Shown piece by piece: positions 35,026-45,600 of a stretch of 64,000 bases of DNA (its first letter is position 1; each line of letters begins with the position of its first letter). The notes under the pieces were generated by a model. It saw only the letters and a list, made by a program, of their open reading frames with translations, was not told the origin of the DNA and did no database searches. The DNA is from a virus. The stretch spans positions 32,001-96,000 of the IMG/VR virus record IMGVR_UViG_3300042475_001686; one strand, given 5' to 3'. The translations under genes were made by a program, and so were the position numbers.

Positions 35026-35073
35026 TGTCCTTTCTTCCTCCAGATTTAATAAGACTATTATAGCATTTTATTT

Positions 35074-35105
35074 AAAAAGAAAAGGGAGCCAGTTTCCTGA
35101 CTCCC
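35074..35105 (-). terminator. Intrinsic terminator
   Basis: GGGAGTCAG-GAAA-CTGGCTCCC followed by a T-rich tract on the - strand. Confidence 0.8.
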
Positions 35106-35124
35106 AAATCTTTTAATTTGTTAA

Positions 35125-36285
35125 TTACTTAACAAGAGTAACCTTTGCCTTTGGATTCTTTGCGTTCCACTTCTTGGCAAGATCATTGAATGCCTTCTTC
35201 ATTGCAGCGATAGCAGCAGTATTCTCTGCCTTTACCTTTGCTAGTTCAGCATCAGAAGCAACCTTTGCAGCAGCGAGTGCATCTGCAACAGCCTTATCTG
35301 CAGCAACCTTAGCGGTTACAGCATCAGCCTTCAACTTAGCAATTTCAGCAGCAGCAGTGATAGCAGCAGCATCAGCAGCAGCCTTAGCAGCAACTGCATC
35401 AGAAGCAGCCTTTGCTACAGCAGCAGCGAGTGCAGCATCTGCAGTCACCTTATCAGCAGCACGAGCAGCCTTTTCTGCAGCGAGTGCAGCGTTAGCAGTA
35501 GCAAGTGCTCCAGCAAGATCAGATACTGTTACGATTGCAGTCTGAGAAGTTGTTGCCAACTTAATTGTTGGAACAGATGTTGGGGCAACAATAGATGCTC
35601 CAACAGCAACGGTTCCAGCAGTTGCAGGAAGTGAGATCTCTGATGTGTAACGACCTGTTACAAGAGCATCAGCAGTTACTGTTCCAGCAGTTGCGCCACC
35701 AAGAGTGGTAACAGTTACTGTATCAGCAACAGCGTTGCCGAAAATATCTGCTACATCAAGAGTTGCAGTTACCTTGCCAGAAATATTTCCTGAAGCAGGG
35801 ATTGACATCTTAAGATCGTATGCAGGACCTGCAACACCCTTAAGATAGATTGTTGTTGCTGCACCAGTTACAGAAATTGTAACAGCAGAAGCAGCAGTAC
35901 TTGTTGTATATGCATATACAGTCGCTGTTGTTGAAGCAGGCGTTACTGTAATTGATGATGATCCAGCAGATGCATTTACTGTTGAACCAATTGCAGATAC
36001 GAGGCGTGTGTTAGCACCTACTGCAGTAAATGTTACTGGTGTTCCAGCAACTACTGTAGCGGTGATAAGAAGTGCTTCGTTGTTTGTTGCAGTTGTGGTA
36101 TCTGCAACGCTTACTACGTTGTCAGAAGGAACCTTTACTGTGAATGGTGAGGCTGCTGTACCAGAACCAGATACTTCAGTTGTTACGTCTACTGAAACGG
36201 TATTGGCACTTGCAGGTGTCACTACGAGTGTGCTCGATGCCAAGGCTGCAACCATGACAAGGGCGATCTTCTTAAATGAATTCAT
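35125..36285 (-). CDS. Secreted Ala/Thr/Val-rich surface protein with an Ala-rich coiled coil
   Basis: Signal peptide MNSFKKIALVMVAALASSTLVVTPASA; Ig-like beta-rich core; AAGGAG SD. Confidence 0.75.
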   Translation of the reverse strand: MNSFKKIALVMVAALASSTLVVTPASANTVSVDVTTEVSGSGTAASPFTVKVPSDNVVSVADTTTATNNEALLITATVVAGTPVTFTAVGANTRLVSAIGSTVNASAGSSSITVTPASTTATVYAYTTSTAASAVTISVTGAATTIYLKGVAGPAYDLKMSIPASGNISGKVTATLDVADIFGNAVADTVTVTTLGGATAGTVTADALVTGRYTSEISLPATAGTVAVGASIVAPTSVPTIKLATTSQTAIVTVSDLAGALATANAALAAEKAARAADKVTADAALAAAVAKAASDAVAAKAAADAAAITAAAEIAKLKADAVTAKVAADKAVADALAAAKVASDAELAKVKAENTAAIAAMKKAFNDLAKKWNAKNPKAKVTLVK

Positions 36286-36313
36286 TTTTCTCCTTTTATT
36301 ATTCATTTTGTTT

Positions 36314-38098
36314 TTATATTGTTTTTAATCTATCCAAATAGTCTTGAATCTCTTCTATTTGACTAGGTTTATATTGTATCACGTTCTCAGGGAGCGTGTC
36401 AACTCTACGAGGCTGTCCACGGAAGGTATGGATGTCTACTTCAAGGTTTTGGTCCCTTGGTGTATAGGATATCGCACCAAAGATAGAACCGCAAACTGCG
36501 TCTGCAAGGTCTTTAGATTTTTTGCGAGGGTGGTCTACCTTATCATTTTTCATAATCTTAAGTTCTGTTAATTCTTCGAACAAGAGTTCAACAGCAGGCA
36601 TTACCAATCTTTGCTCATATACAAGCATTGCCATATCTTCATAATGCTTTTTTGCTACAGATACTGTCTCCGTTCTAATGCCTACCGCCTGTAATTCATT
36701 TTGAATATCAAATGACTGCCATCGGTCAAACGTGACTAGCCCTATGTTAAAACCAAGTCTACGTAAATTTTGTATCCATTGTTTTACCTCAGATAGGTTT
36801 ACTGGACCCTCTACCTTTGGCTCCCACCATGCTACGGCATCAACAACAACTATAGGAGATATTTGTTCGTAATCCTTAATGACCTGAACATTTACCCATT
36901 TCTCAACGTGTGCAATTGCTACAGCACACTTGTCATGCTTTTGTGCAAGGTCAGCATGAACATAATAAACTTTATCTGGGTCTGGCTTAAAGTTTTCTTC
37001 AAATCTTCTGAATTGATCCAGAGGATTTCTAATCGTCATACAAGCACGAACCTTATCTGCTTGCTTAAAAAATGCGTCAGAGGCATAAGTAGGAACACAG
37101 GCAAAACGCATCATAGCATCTCCAAGATCTGTCATAAAAGCAATCTTAAAATCATCTATTTTACGAGTAGGATTGACTTCCCATGTCGGACGCTTGAGTG
37201 CAAACACTCCAGGATATTTATATGACTTAATGTGATCTTCATCCCAGGATATCTCAAACCAATTATCTTTATCATCTTCTGGTAACAGTGGATTAATTAT
37301 AAACTTATGATTCTTTGATACAACTTCTTTGTCAGCAATTACTGCTTCATACCGCTCAGAAATAAAGTCTCCGTTATAACGTGGGAATGAAAGAAGAACC
37401 ACCTTGCCAAGATCGGGGAAACGAGAGTCTACAGAACCACGGAACGCTTTATAGATATTATCAGCAGTCTTTCCTTGTTCATTTCCTGTTGCAACCTCAG
37501 AAGCAAAACCAGAAATCTCATCAAGAACTGCAAGCAAAAGATTTAAACCCTCATGAGACTCACGCTCAGAGTGTCCAGAATAAACTGTAATAGATTTATC
37601 AAAACCGATTGAGTCTACCTTTGCCTCATACTTGCCAGCAAACCAAGGCGACTTTTCAATCTTAGTTTTAAAGCCTTTAAAGAAAACATTCTTAGCCTGT
37701 TGTGCGTTAATAGCAACGTTGATAAGATCTATTGCATCTCCACTTGGTTTTCCGAAATATCTTGCAGGGTCTTTGAGACATAATAACTTATATACAATAT
37801 AAGCACAAGCAACAGTAGAGGTAAAGTCCTTCCCACTGCCCTTCCCAAGTTGAAGAATAATTTCGTTCTTTGTGTATTTTTCATAATATCTTGCACCTTC
37901 CTCTTCGCCCATAATATTCTGAAGATCTTCTTTACGATAAATCTGACTCATAGCCTCAACAATGTCATATTGAATTGTCGACAGTCCTGGCTGCCCTAAA
38001 TAATCTGGGGACTCAACAAAAGTTTTTGCATCTACTGGAGTTTCTTCAAAATGATTATCTTTTAATGCCTCAAGAAAATCATCAAACATCATGGACAA
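36314..38098 (-). CDS. Terminase large subunit
   Basis: LGKGSGKD (Walker A), VLDE (Walker B), HADLA, FDRW, KDLADA nuclease motifs. Confidence 0.9.
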   Translation of the reverse strand: MSMMFDDFLEALKDNHFEETPVDAKTFVESPDYLGQPGLSTIQYDIVEAMSQIYRKEDLQNIMGEEEGARYYEKYTKNEIILQLGKGSGKDFTSTVACAYIVYKLLCLKDPARYFGKPSGDAIDLINVAINAQQAKNVFFKGFKTKIEKSPWFAGKYEAKVDSIGFDKSITVYSGHSERESHEGLNLLLAVLDEISGFASEVATGNEQGKTADNIYKAFRGSVDSRFPDLGKVVLLSFPRYNGDFISERYEAVIADKEVVSKNHKFIINPLLPEDDKDNWFEISWDEDHIKSYKYPGVFALKRPTWEVNPTRKIDDFKIAFMTDLGDAMMRFACVPTYASDAFFKQADKVRACMTIRNPLDQFRRFEENFKPDPDKVYYVHADLAQKHDKCAVAIAHVEKWVNVQVIKDYEQISPIVVVDAVAWWEPKVEGPVNLSEVKQWIQNLRRLGFNIGLVTFDRWQSFDIQNELQAVGIRTETVSVAKKHYEDMAMLVYEQRLVMPAVELLFEELTELKIMKNDKVDHPRKKSKDLADAVCGSIFGAISYTPRDQNLEVDIHTFRGQPRRVDTLPENVIQYKPSQIEEIQDYLDRLKTI

Positions 38099-38615
38099 TT
38101 GTAATCACTTCATCTTTCTTGGCAACTTCTGAAAGTCTACGCATAATCTCATCACGAATCTGTGGGTATTCTGAAGCAATGTCACGAAGGATAGCCATCA
38201 AAACATCTTGTTTCTTTTCTATCTGTAACATTTCTTCTGCCAGTTCTTTATTTTCTAACAAGCCTGCTTTCTGCAACATATCAATTCTTTTTGACTCAAT
38301 ATCCATAACAAGTTTAATTGCTTGTGTTTTTGCTCCAAGGTTATTTGTCAGAGATGCCTCATCAATTACCTCATAAGACTTTGCAATTAATTTATTATAA
38401 TGTGTATCCGCAACTGCGAGAGCCTCTTTTGCACGAGCACGAATAGCATCATTGGCTGATGCCATTACTTTCCACTCATTTATGTGTTGAACTACACGAG
38501 TTCTTGGAATAGCAAGATCTTTTGAAATTTTTGTTGCATCATTACCTTTTAGGTATTCTCCTACAACTGTATTAATTTCGTCAAGATGCTTAATTAAATC
38601 TTCTTCAGTCGACAA
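38082..38615 (-). CDS. HTH protein, putative terminase small subunit
   Basis: ATKISKDLAIPRTRV HTH; directly upstream of the terminase large subunit. Confidence 0.55.
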   Translation of the reverse strand: MSTEEDLIKHLDEINTVVGEYLKGNDATKISKDLAIPRTRVVQHINEWKVMASANDAIRARAKEALAVADTHYNKLIAKSYEVIDEASLTNNLGAKTQAIKLVMDIESKRIDMLQKAGLLENKELAEEMLQIEKKQDVLMAILRDIASEYPQIRDEIMRRLSEVAKKDEVITIVHDV

Positions 38616-38967
38616 GTCCGTAGTCCTCCTGATATCCTAACTCTTTTGCTTTTGCTATTTTAAGCAAAACAAGATAACCAATTAAATCATCAATATCGTT
38701 ATCGCCAACATATGATGTACCACGCATTATTCTGCTTAACTTATCATCAATCCTAACATGCAACTGTTCTCTTGCGTCCGCCTTACTAAAAATACGAACA
38801 GGCTCTAATGCTGAATTTCCATATGCTATATTTTTCTTAATTAGCATGTGTGCTATTTCATGGCATGACTCCCATATTTCTTTACCAGCAGATGTGCCTG
38901 CTGTTAATAGGTATAGATCTTCACACTTAAAACGACTCATGTCATTAAATACTGGATTCAAACTCAT
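38605..38967 (-). CDS. Nucleotide-modification-associated domain 1 (DUF1599-like) protein
   Basis: KKN.AYG, RIDDKLSRI, DDLIGYLVL. Confidence 0.7.
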   Translation of the reverse strand: MSLNPVFNDMSRFKCEDLYLLTAGTSAGKEIWESCHEIAHMLIKKNIAYGNSALEPVRIFSKADAREQLHVRIDDKLSRIMRGTSYVGDNDIDDLIGYLVLLKIAKAKELGYQEDYGLVD

Positions 38968-39119
38968 CTCTTTGACTTCCTTAATCCAAATTTAGCAAGG
39001 TATACATAAACAGTTTCCACACTTACCCCACATTCTTTTGCTATGTCTTCTGGAGATTTTTTATCAATATGATATCTCTTTTTTAGCCATAGTTCATTTG
39101 TATATAGTTTAGCACCCAT
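38964..39119 (-). CDS. Small HTH DNA-binding protein (51 aa)
   Basis: KSPEDIAKECGVSVETVYVYLAKFGL; read manually. Confidence 0.75.
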   Translation of the reverse strand: MGAKLYTNELWLKKRYHIDKKSPEDIAKECGVSVETVYVYLAKFGLRKSKR

Positions 39120-39121
39120 GA

Positions 39122-39736
39122 CTACTCCTTGTCAACCCCAATAGCCTTATCCCAGTTATTTATTGACCAATGACCTATGCCACAGGCATCTGCTACATCA
39201 TTATCATCAATCTTTTTACTATAAATAACATCTAATAATCTTATTGTTCTTTGTTTACGAAATTCTCTTTCATATGCTTTATACCAGGAATCTGATTTCC
39301 CTGGATTAGAAGATCTTATCTTAATTTGTTCTTCCTTGGTTAATCTTTTATTACCAAGGTAGTTCTGCCATGTTATAGGTGATACCTTTCCTATTACTTT
39401 AATTCCAGCCAATCCTGCTCCACCAAGTATGCCCCCTTGAATTAAGGCAAGATCTGCTGCAGTCTTTGGACTATTCATAAAGACAGTATGCTCAATAACA
39501 ACAGCCTCTACTAAATTATAATAATCAAATAATGCTTTAGATTTTTTACAGGCATCTGTTATTTTTTCATAGATGTCTCTGCCTTCAAAAGTTATTTTGC
39601 CATAACAATCTAAATTTTTATATGAATAAATTGCAAAAGCAAGATTATTAGTGCTTGCATCTATTGAACAAATTACACCAGGAACTTTAGATGGCATGTC
39701 AAATGAGTATCTATCTGCTTCTTTTGCTTTTGTCAT
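39122..39736 (-). CDS. RuvC-like resolvase
   Basis: SIDAS, VVIE, DNDVADACGI. Confidence 0.8.
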   Translation of the reverse strand: MTKAKEADRYSFDMPSKVPGVICSIDASTNNLAFAIYSYKNLDCYGKITFEGRDIYEKITDACKKSKALFDYYNLVEAVVIEHTVFMNSPKTAADLALIQGGILGGAGLAGIKVIGKVSPITWQNYLGNKRLTKEEQIKIRSSNPGKSDSWYKAYEREFRKQRTIRLLDVIYSKKIDDNDVADACGIGHWSINNWDKAIGVDKE

Positions 39737-40007
39737 TTGACAATCCCTTTACTTGTTTTAGTGCTTTCTTAACATCACTTGGATTAATTACACATTTGTT
39801 GCACAGTGGTTCGTCATTATATATAGATAACTTTTCTCCACATTGCTTACAAAGCCTATTCTTTCCCTTGCGTTTTTGTCGCCTGGTCTGAATATATCTT
39901 TGTGCAATTTTTTCTTTAGTGGCTTGCTCTCTACATTTTTCTGAACAATATATCTGATAAGATATTTCTGATTCAAAAGTGTGATCGCACCATCTACAAC
40001 TTTTCAT
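39711..40007 (-). CDS. Zinc-finger hypothetical protein
   Basis: C..C, YCS..C, C..C, C..C. Confidence 0.7.
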   Translation of the reverse strand: MKSCRWCDHTFESEISYQIYCSEKCREQATKEKIAQRYIQTRRQKRKGKNRLCKQCGEKLSIYNDEPLCNKCVINPSDVKKALKQVKGLSNDKSKRSR

Positions 40008-40854
40008 CTTCTAGCAACTCCAGAGGTTTAATTTTAATTACCCCTGTCTCTGCTTCAGCGCATGCCTTTTGAATTGGACAAACCTTACAAATCTTTGAAT
40101 TTGATCTATATGGTTTTTCTGGTAACTGCCTGTCTTCCCAAGACTTGCGAACTACCTTCATCCAATCAAATGCCTGGTCTACCCACCGACGGTAATGATC
40201 GTTTACTGTTACTGGCAAAGTTAATAACTGATGATTGTTTTTATTTTCATATATCATTACTCCCTTGCCAATTTTCCAAATTTTCATATACATTAACAAT
40301 TGCATTAGATGAGCCTTCTTTGCTTTACCTCTCATCTTTTTGTATTCAAAGTCGTCATTTCCTACAGTTTTAATTTCACCTATAATTCTCTCACCATTAT
40401 GATTTAGCATAACATCACCATAACCATCGAATGGAGGATTTTCTACTCTAGCACGGAACTCAAGTGAAGGATGTGTTTGCTTTTCATACTTTCGATCTAT
40501 AGGATCCCACTCCATGTCTTCATCCAATAGCCCAGCATTTTTAATTGCTTCTTGAATTCTATTATGTCCATAAGTTCCGTTAGTTCTGTTAGCAACTCCG
40601 TATGCATCTGAATTATCATAATGTACGGCTCCATCAAAAGCCAGGTACCAATATCTTGGACATTCACCTGCACCATAGGTTAGACCAGAAGCAGAGAAGT
40701 TTTGTTTTTTAGTAAACTTTGGCTTAGTCTTAGTCATATATCCAGACTCTATTTTTTCTATAAGCCCTTCAATAAATGATGCGTCTTCTACTACAGAATG
40801 CTTTTCGGCTTCTTGATTTTTTACCATTACTTGTTTTAATAAATTTTTTGCCAT
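39994..40854 (-). CDS. Cas4-like PD-(D/E)xK exonuclease
   Basis: CPR, G..D, EIKT, QL..Y, C..CP...C. Confidence 0.85.
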   Translation of the reverse strand: MAKNLLKQVMVKNQEAEKHSVVEDASFIEGLIEKIESGYMTKTKPKFTKKQNFSASGLTYGAGECPRYWYLAFDGAVHYDNSDAYGVANRTNGTYGHNRIQEAIKNAGLLDEDMEWDPIDRKYEKQTHPSLEFRARVENPPFDGYGDVMLNHNGERIIGEIKTVGNDDFEYKKMRGKAKKAHLMQLLMYMKIWKIGKGVMIYENKNNHQLLTLPVTVNDHYRRWVDQAFDWMKVVRKSWEDRQLPEKPYRSNSKICKVCPIQKACAEAETGVIKIKPLELLEDEKL

Positions 40855-40888
40855 TATATTCCTTTGTTTAAGTTAATTATATCAGATA

Positions 40889-41209
40889 TCATCGAGTTAT
40901 GTATTTGAGAGCAGACACAAGATTATTAATAGACTCTGCTGCTGTATAGTAAATATTTTTCTTTCCTCTGTCTGACTTGTCCACATTAGCCATCCATGTT
41001 GCCTTAAAAGCCATCTTGGCTGCTATAGCCTGTAGCCTTACTATCTCAACTGTAGCCACATTCATTGGTACATCTGGCTTTAGTATTAATTTTGCTATAA
41101 AGGTAAGAGCAGTGGTTAACTCTTCATCCTCCATATAGTCTGCTATTTCTGACAAACCATTAATCATCTCTATTGTTGTTTTATTACTATGCTGATCTGT
41201 TGTGTTCAT
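40889..41209 (-). CDS. Hypothetical protein
   Basis: ORF in the recombination operon. Confidence 0.7.
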   Translation of the reverse strand: MNTTDQHSNKTTIEMINGLSEIADYMEDEELTTALTFIAKLILKPDVPMNVATVEIVRLQAIAAKMAFKATWMANVDKSDRGKKNIYYTAAESINNLVSALKYITR

Positions 41210-41486
41210 TTTTCACCATCTGTTCTAGTAGTTCTAACTCTATTATAGCAAGTCTAGTTTTCTTACTGCCCTCGCCAAGCACCACTACAATGGCTGGGTC
41301 ATTTCCATTTCTAATAGCATCCGTAGTTGCCTTTGCCCAAACATCCTGATTTAGCGTAAAAGATTTTGAGTTCTCCTTAAAATCTACCGTAAAATTTTCC
41401 CAAGTGGCATCGCCTTTCTTTGTATTTCTACCAGAATTTTTATGCTGCTTTGCACCTATTCTTTTACTCTCGCTCTTTTCACTCAT
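41187..41486 (-). CDS. PD-(D/E)xK nuclease, Holliday-junction-resolvase-like
   Basis: E..NSG..KGD..DFKE..SF. Confidence 0.65.
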   Translation of the reverse strand: MSEKSESKRIGAKQHKNSGRNTKKGDATWENFTVDFKENSKSFTLNQDVWAKATTDAIRNGNDPAIVVVLGEGSKKTRLAIIELELLEQMVKNEHNRSA

Positions 41487-41647
41487 ACTTTTTAACCTTT
41501 TTATATCCAACTTTAAATAACTGAACTTCGGATAAATGTTTATCAGAACACATCCAAGATGCCATTCCAGTTGATGAATAGATTCTAATAGTTTTGACTT
41601 CTTTTTTACAAGACCTACAAGGAAATTTTCCTTCATAGATTGAATAC

Positions 41648-42661
41648 TTATCCACTAATTTTAGCCTTAATCATTTCTTGTAGATCAAGATCCTCTCTTA
41701 CTCTATTAACAAATCCTTCTCTACCTTGCACCTTAGAGCCATCTGGCAACAAATACCACGCTCCTGTACGTTCTACAATTCCAACTAATTCAGCAGTGTC
41801 AACAAGATCAGCGACCCCATCAATGCCCAGGTTATCGCCTCTAAAATAGAAATCATATTCACCAGACTGAAAAGCAGCACTGGTTTTAGAAAACTGTAGT
41901 TCCCATCTAACCTTTCTACCAACCTTTTCTTCAATAGCCTTGTCACCAACATATATTTTTCCTTTCAATGCTTGATTATCTGATTCAGACGAAAACAACT
42001 TAACAACAGTAGAAGAATAAAATTTAGTAGCCTGTCCACCTGTTGGTTGTTGGCTTGTGTACATTGCGTTAATATTATTTCTAGATTGTGATATTAGAAT
42101 TAATAGTGTTGGCTTTACTTTGTTATTTGCATAATTAAGCATCTTCCAAGCGTTGCTAAAATCTCGTGACTCTGCGCCAATCTGTTTTGTATTTTCTAGT
42201 TGTTTTAATTCTGTAGAATCTTTTTCAAAATAAATAGCAGGCAATAAAGATGTAATAGAATCAACAACAATAATATCTACACCAGCCTCTATAAGATTAA
42301 CACCTACGTCTACCATTTCATTAATAGTTCTGGCTTGAGAGACAATCAACTTTGATGTATCTACTCCTAATTTTTCTGCCCATGTTTTATCATATGACAT
42401 TTCAGCGTCGATCCAAGCACAAATTTTTCCTTCTGCCTGCGCTAATGCAATTGTCTGCAAGCATAAAGATGACTTAGCAGATGACTTTGATCCCCAAATT
42501 AATACCTGACGACCATAAGGCAACCCACCATTTAGAGCACGATTAAGTCCGTAACTTGGTGTTGCTGCGTATTCAGTCTTTGGCACCTCATCTCCTACCA
42601 AGATATTCTTTCTTAACTTAGGATTAAGTTGTGCTAATACATCTTCAACGCTAACCGACAT
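41648..42661 (-). CDS. recA: RecA/UvsX-like recombinase
   Basis: GGLPYGR, GSKSSAKS, WIDAE, IVVDS, ISQ.R, GG.A.KFYSS. Confidence 0.9.
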   Translation of the reverse strand: MSVSVEDVLAQLNPKLRKNILVGDEVPKTEYAATPSYGLNRALNGGLPYGRQVLIWGSKSSAKSSLCLQTIALAQAEGKICAWIDAEMSYDKTWAEKLGVDTSKLIVSQARTINEMVDVGVNLIEAGVDIIVVDSITSLLPAIYFEKDSTELKQLENTKQIGAESRDFSNAWKMLNYANNKVKPTLLILISQSRNNINAMYTSQQPTGGQATKFYSSTVVKLFSSESDNQALKGKIYVGDKAIEEKVGRKVRWELQFSKTSAAFQSGEYDFYFRGDNLGIDGVADLVDTAELVGIVERTGAWYLLPDGSKVQGREGFVNRVREDLDLQEMIKAKISG

Positions 42662-45600
42662 TTACATCCTCCAATATTACGGTTCCATCTTTGGTTTTAC
42701 CAAACTCAAATTTATATGCATGGCCTTCTTCAATTTTCATATATGCTTTTGCAAAGGCTGTTGGAAATACAGTTACAGAATGCAGTTCTCTTGACGTATC
42801 TGCTAAAGTTAAAGATGCCATCTTTTTCCCTGCTTTCGTTATCCTTGGTTTAAATGATACCACAAATAACTCTTCATCCTTATAAGGCAACATCCTGTAA
42901 TTTAAAAACTTAACTAATGCTGCATCAGAATTTTTAATTTCATCTACAGGAACAGCAGACACAATTCTATTATCAGAACAGAGTGCAATATAACTTCGTC
43001 CAGCCTCAATTGTAGTTTGTTCTTCATCAAACACTCCTATACTTCCAGTTTTATCTAATATTTCTACACGACTCCAACCCTTACCACGCTTTATACCCTT
43101 TACCATTCCCATAAGAATGAAGGATCCTTTTTCCTCAAAGTCTTCTACTGGATTAATAAAAGCATGAAAGTGTGATGGAACTGTTTGAGTAAATTCAGGC
43201 AATCCTAAATACTCATAAAGATTTTCACGAATCTCATTATCATTTCTTGGATTATCTGGAAATGTAGCAGCACCAATAATTCTTAGTGCTTCTAATGCTC
43301 TGCTGTTGACTCCATTACCTTTCGTAAATGTAAAGGTTTTAACTTCTTCGAAAGACTTAAAAGGTCGTGCCGATATATATCGTTCTGCAATCTTATCAGA
43401 GATAAACTTGATCCCCGACAATCCAAACCGAATACCCTTACCCTCAATTTTAAAATCAATATCCGAATCGTTAATATGAGGTAGTTTAATGCTAATACCC
43501 ATTCTCTTCGCTTCAATAAGATATTCAGTTCTCGCATCTTTGTCCCTTTCATTTTTAAGTAGTGAGTACATAAACTCAATTGGATAGTGATACTTTAGCC
43601 ATGCCGTCCAATACGAGAGCGTAGAATAAGCAACCGCATGAGACTTGTTGAACGAATAACCCGCATGCGCCTCAAAGTCATGCCATAAATCACGAGCCTG
43701 ATTAGGACTAATAAACTTAGAAGCACCATCAACAAAACGATCACGAAACGCATCAAACTCTCTAGCATCTTTCTTTTTACCAATGATCTTACGAACCTTA
43801 TCAGCCTCAGACCAAGACATACCTCCAAGTTGAACACAGGCCTGCATGACCTGCTCTTGGTATAGGATACACCCATATGTTTCTTCTGTGAATGGTTTCA
43901 TTGTTTGATGTAAATAATTTACTGCTTGTCTACCGTGCTTTCTTTCAATATAGTCTTTTCCAATCGTATTCATTGCACCTGGACGTACAAGAGCATTTGA
44001 AGCAGACAATTCTGCTAGATTTTTTACACCCATCTTTATAAGAAGATTTGTATATGGGGTTGCTTCACACTGAAACACACCTTTGGTGTAGCCTTCAGAA
44101 AGCATCTGGTATACCTTTTGATCACCCATATCTATCTTAAGTAAATCAATATCTGTGCCTTCTCGCTCTTTAATTATCTTAATTGTGTCATTAATAACAC
44201 TTAGTGTTTTAAGTCCGAGTGCGTCGATCTTGATGAGGCCAATTTTTTCAGCCTCTTCCATGTCAACTGCCACAACAGGAATGCGCTCATCAGAACCAGG
44301 GGAATTACGTGTCTCCATCGGTGCGTACCTAAAAATAGGATTTTTGCTAGTGACAACACCAGCAGCGTGAATACCAGTACCTCTAATACGACCACGAAGT
44401 TGTTCTCCATATTGCTCCACCTCTGGATATTTCTCTCTAAACCATGCAGTAGTTTTTGATGTGCAGTACTCATCCCAAGTATCCACTAACTTCAAAACTT
44501 TATTAACATCTACTAACGGAATATTTAATGCACGAGCAACATCTCGCACAACACCCTTATCTTTAAATTCTAGAAATGTTGCAATAGATGCAACATGTTT
44601 ATACTGCCTAACGAGATAATCTTTAACTTCATCACGACGAGAATCTTGAATGTCTGTATCAATATCTGGAAAGTCATTACGCTCAGGATTAATAAAGCGG
44701 AAAAATAAAAGCCCATGCTTTAATGGATCTATGTCTGTAATTCCAAGGGCATAACAAAGCAATGATCCAGCAGAAGAACCACGACCTGGACCTACCATGA
44801 TTCCTTCTTTCTTTGCCCAGGAAATCATACTCTGAACAACAAGGAAATATGGACCAAACTTTTTATCCTGAATAACAGTTAACTCTTCTTCAAGCCTATC
44901 AAGATATTCTTGATTTTTATCGAGACCTTTTTCTGCCAAACCAGTCATAGCCAATTCTTTTAATTGTTTGTCTGGATTCTTATATTGAACTGGAAGTAGA
45001 TTAAGGTTATCCTGAATATCATAGTCTTCAATCTTATTAGCAAGATCTATAGTATTTTCATAAATATCTGTTCTCCATACCGCCTGCTTTTCCATAGCAG
45101 CCTGAATCTCTTCATATGAAAGAAGATGAATATCAAACTTATTAAATGACATCTGTCTATCTGCACCGTATAAATAATCTAAACGCTTCATAAGGTCGCC
45201 TTGTTTTTTTGACTTCTCGTATGTAGCATCCTTTTGAATCTTATTAGAATACGTATTTAAGATTAACTTTAACTCTTGTATTTCTTTTTGTGAAGAATCT
45301 ACATGGTGGCAATCTGGGGTTACAATTGGCTTAACCTTAAACTCATCAGCAAGCATCAATATTGTTCTATTGATTGACTCATCATTGTGTGGCATAACCT
45401 CTAGATAATAGTCATCACCAAACTGTTCTTTAAACCACTTAATATATTTCTTTGCCATACCAAGTTCACCAAGTTCAATTGACTTAGCAATAATACCGCT
45501 TGGGCATGCAGAAGAAACTATGATTCCTTCTTTATATTTTGCAAGAACTTCAAAGTCAATTCTTGGCTTTTTATAATATCCTTCTGTCCACGCAATCTCA

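Noticed and set aside
35174-35545. Ala/Ser-rich + strand ORF and similar antisense ORFs (e.g. 16554..16886, 46984..47421, 60374..60820)
   Set aside because: Shadow frames of well-supported genes on the opposite strand
39994-40854. Cas4-like gene as part of a CRISPR-Cas system
   Set aside because: No array or other cas genes; sits in the recombination operon as is usual for phage exonucleases
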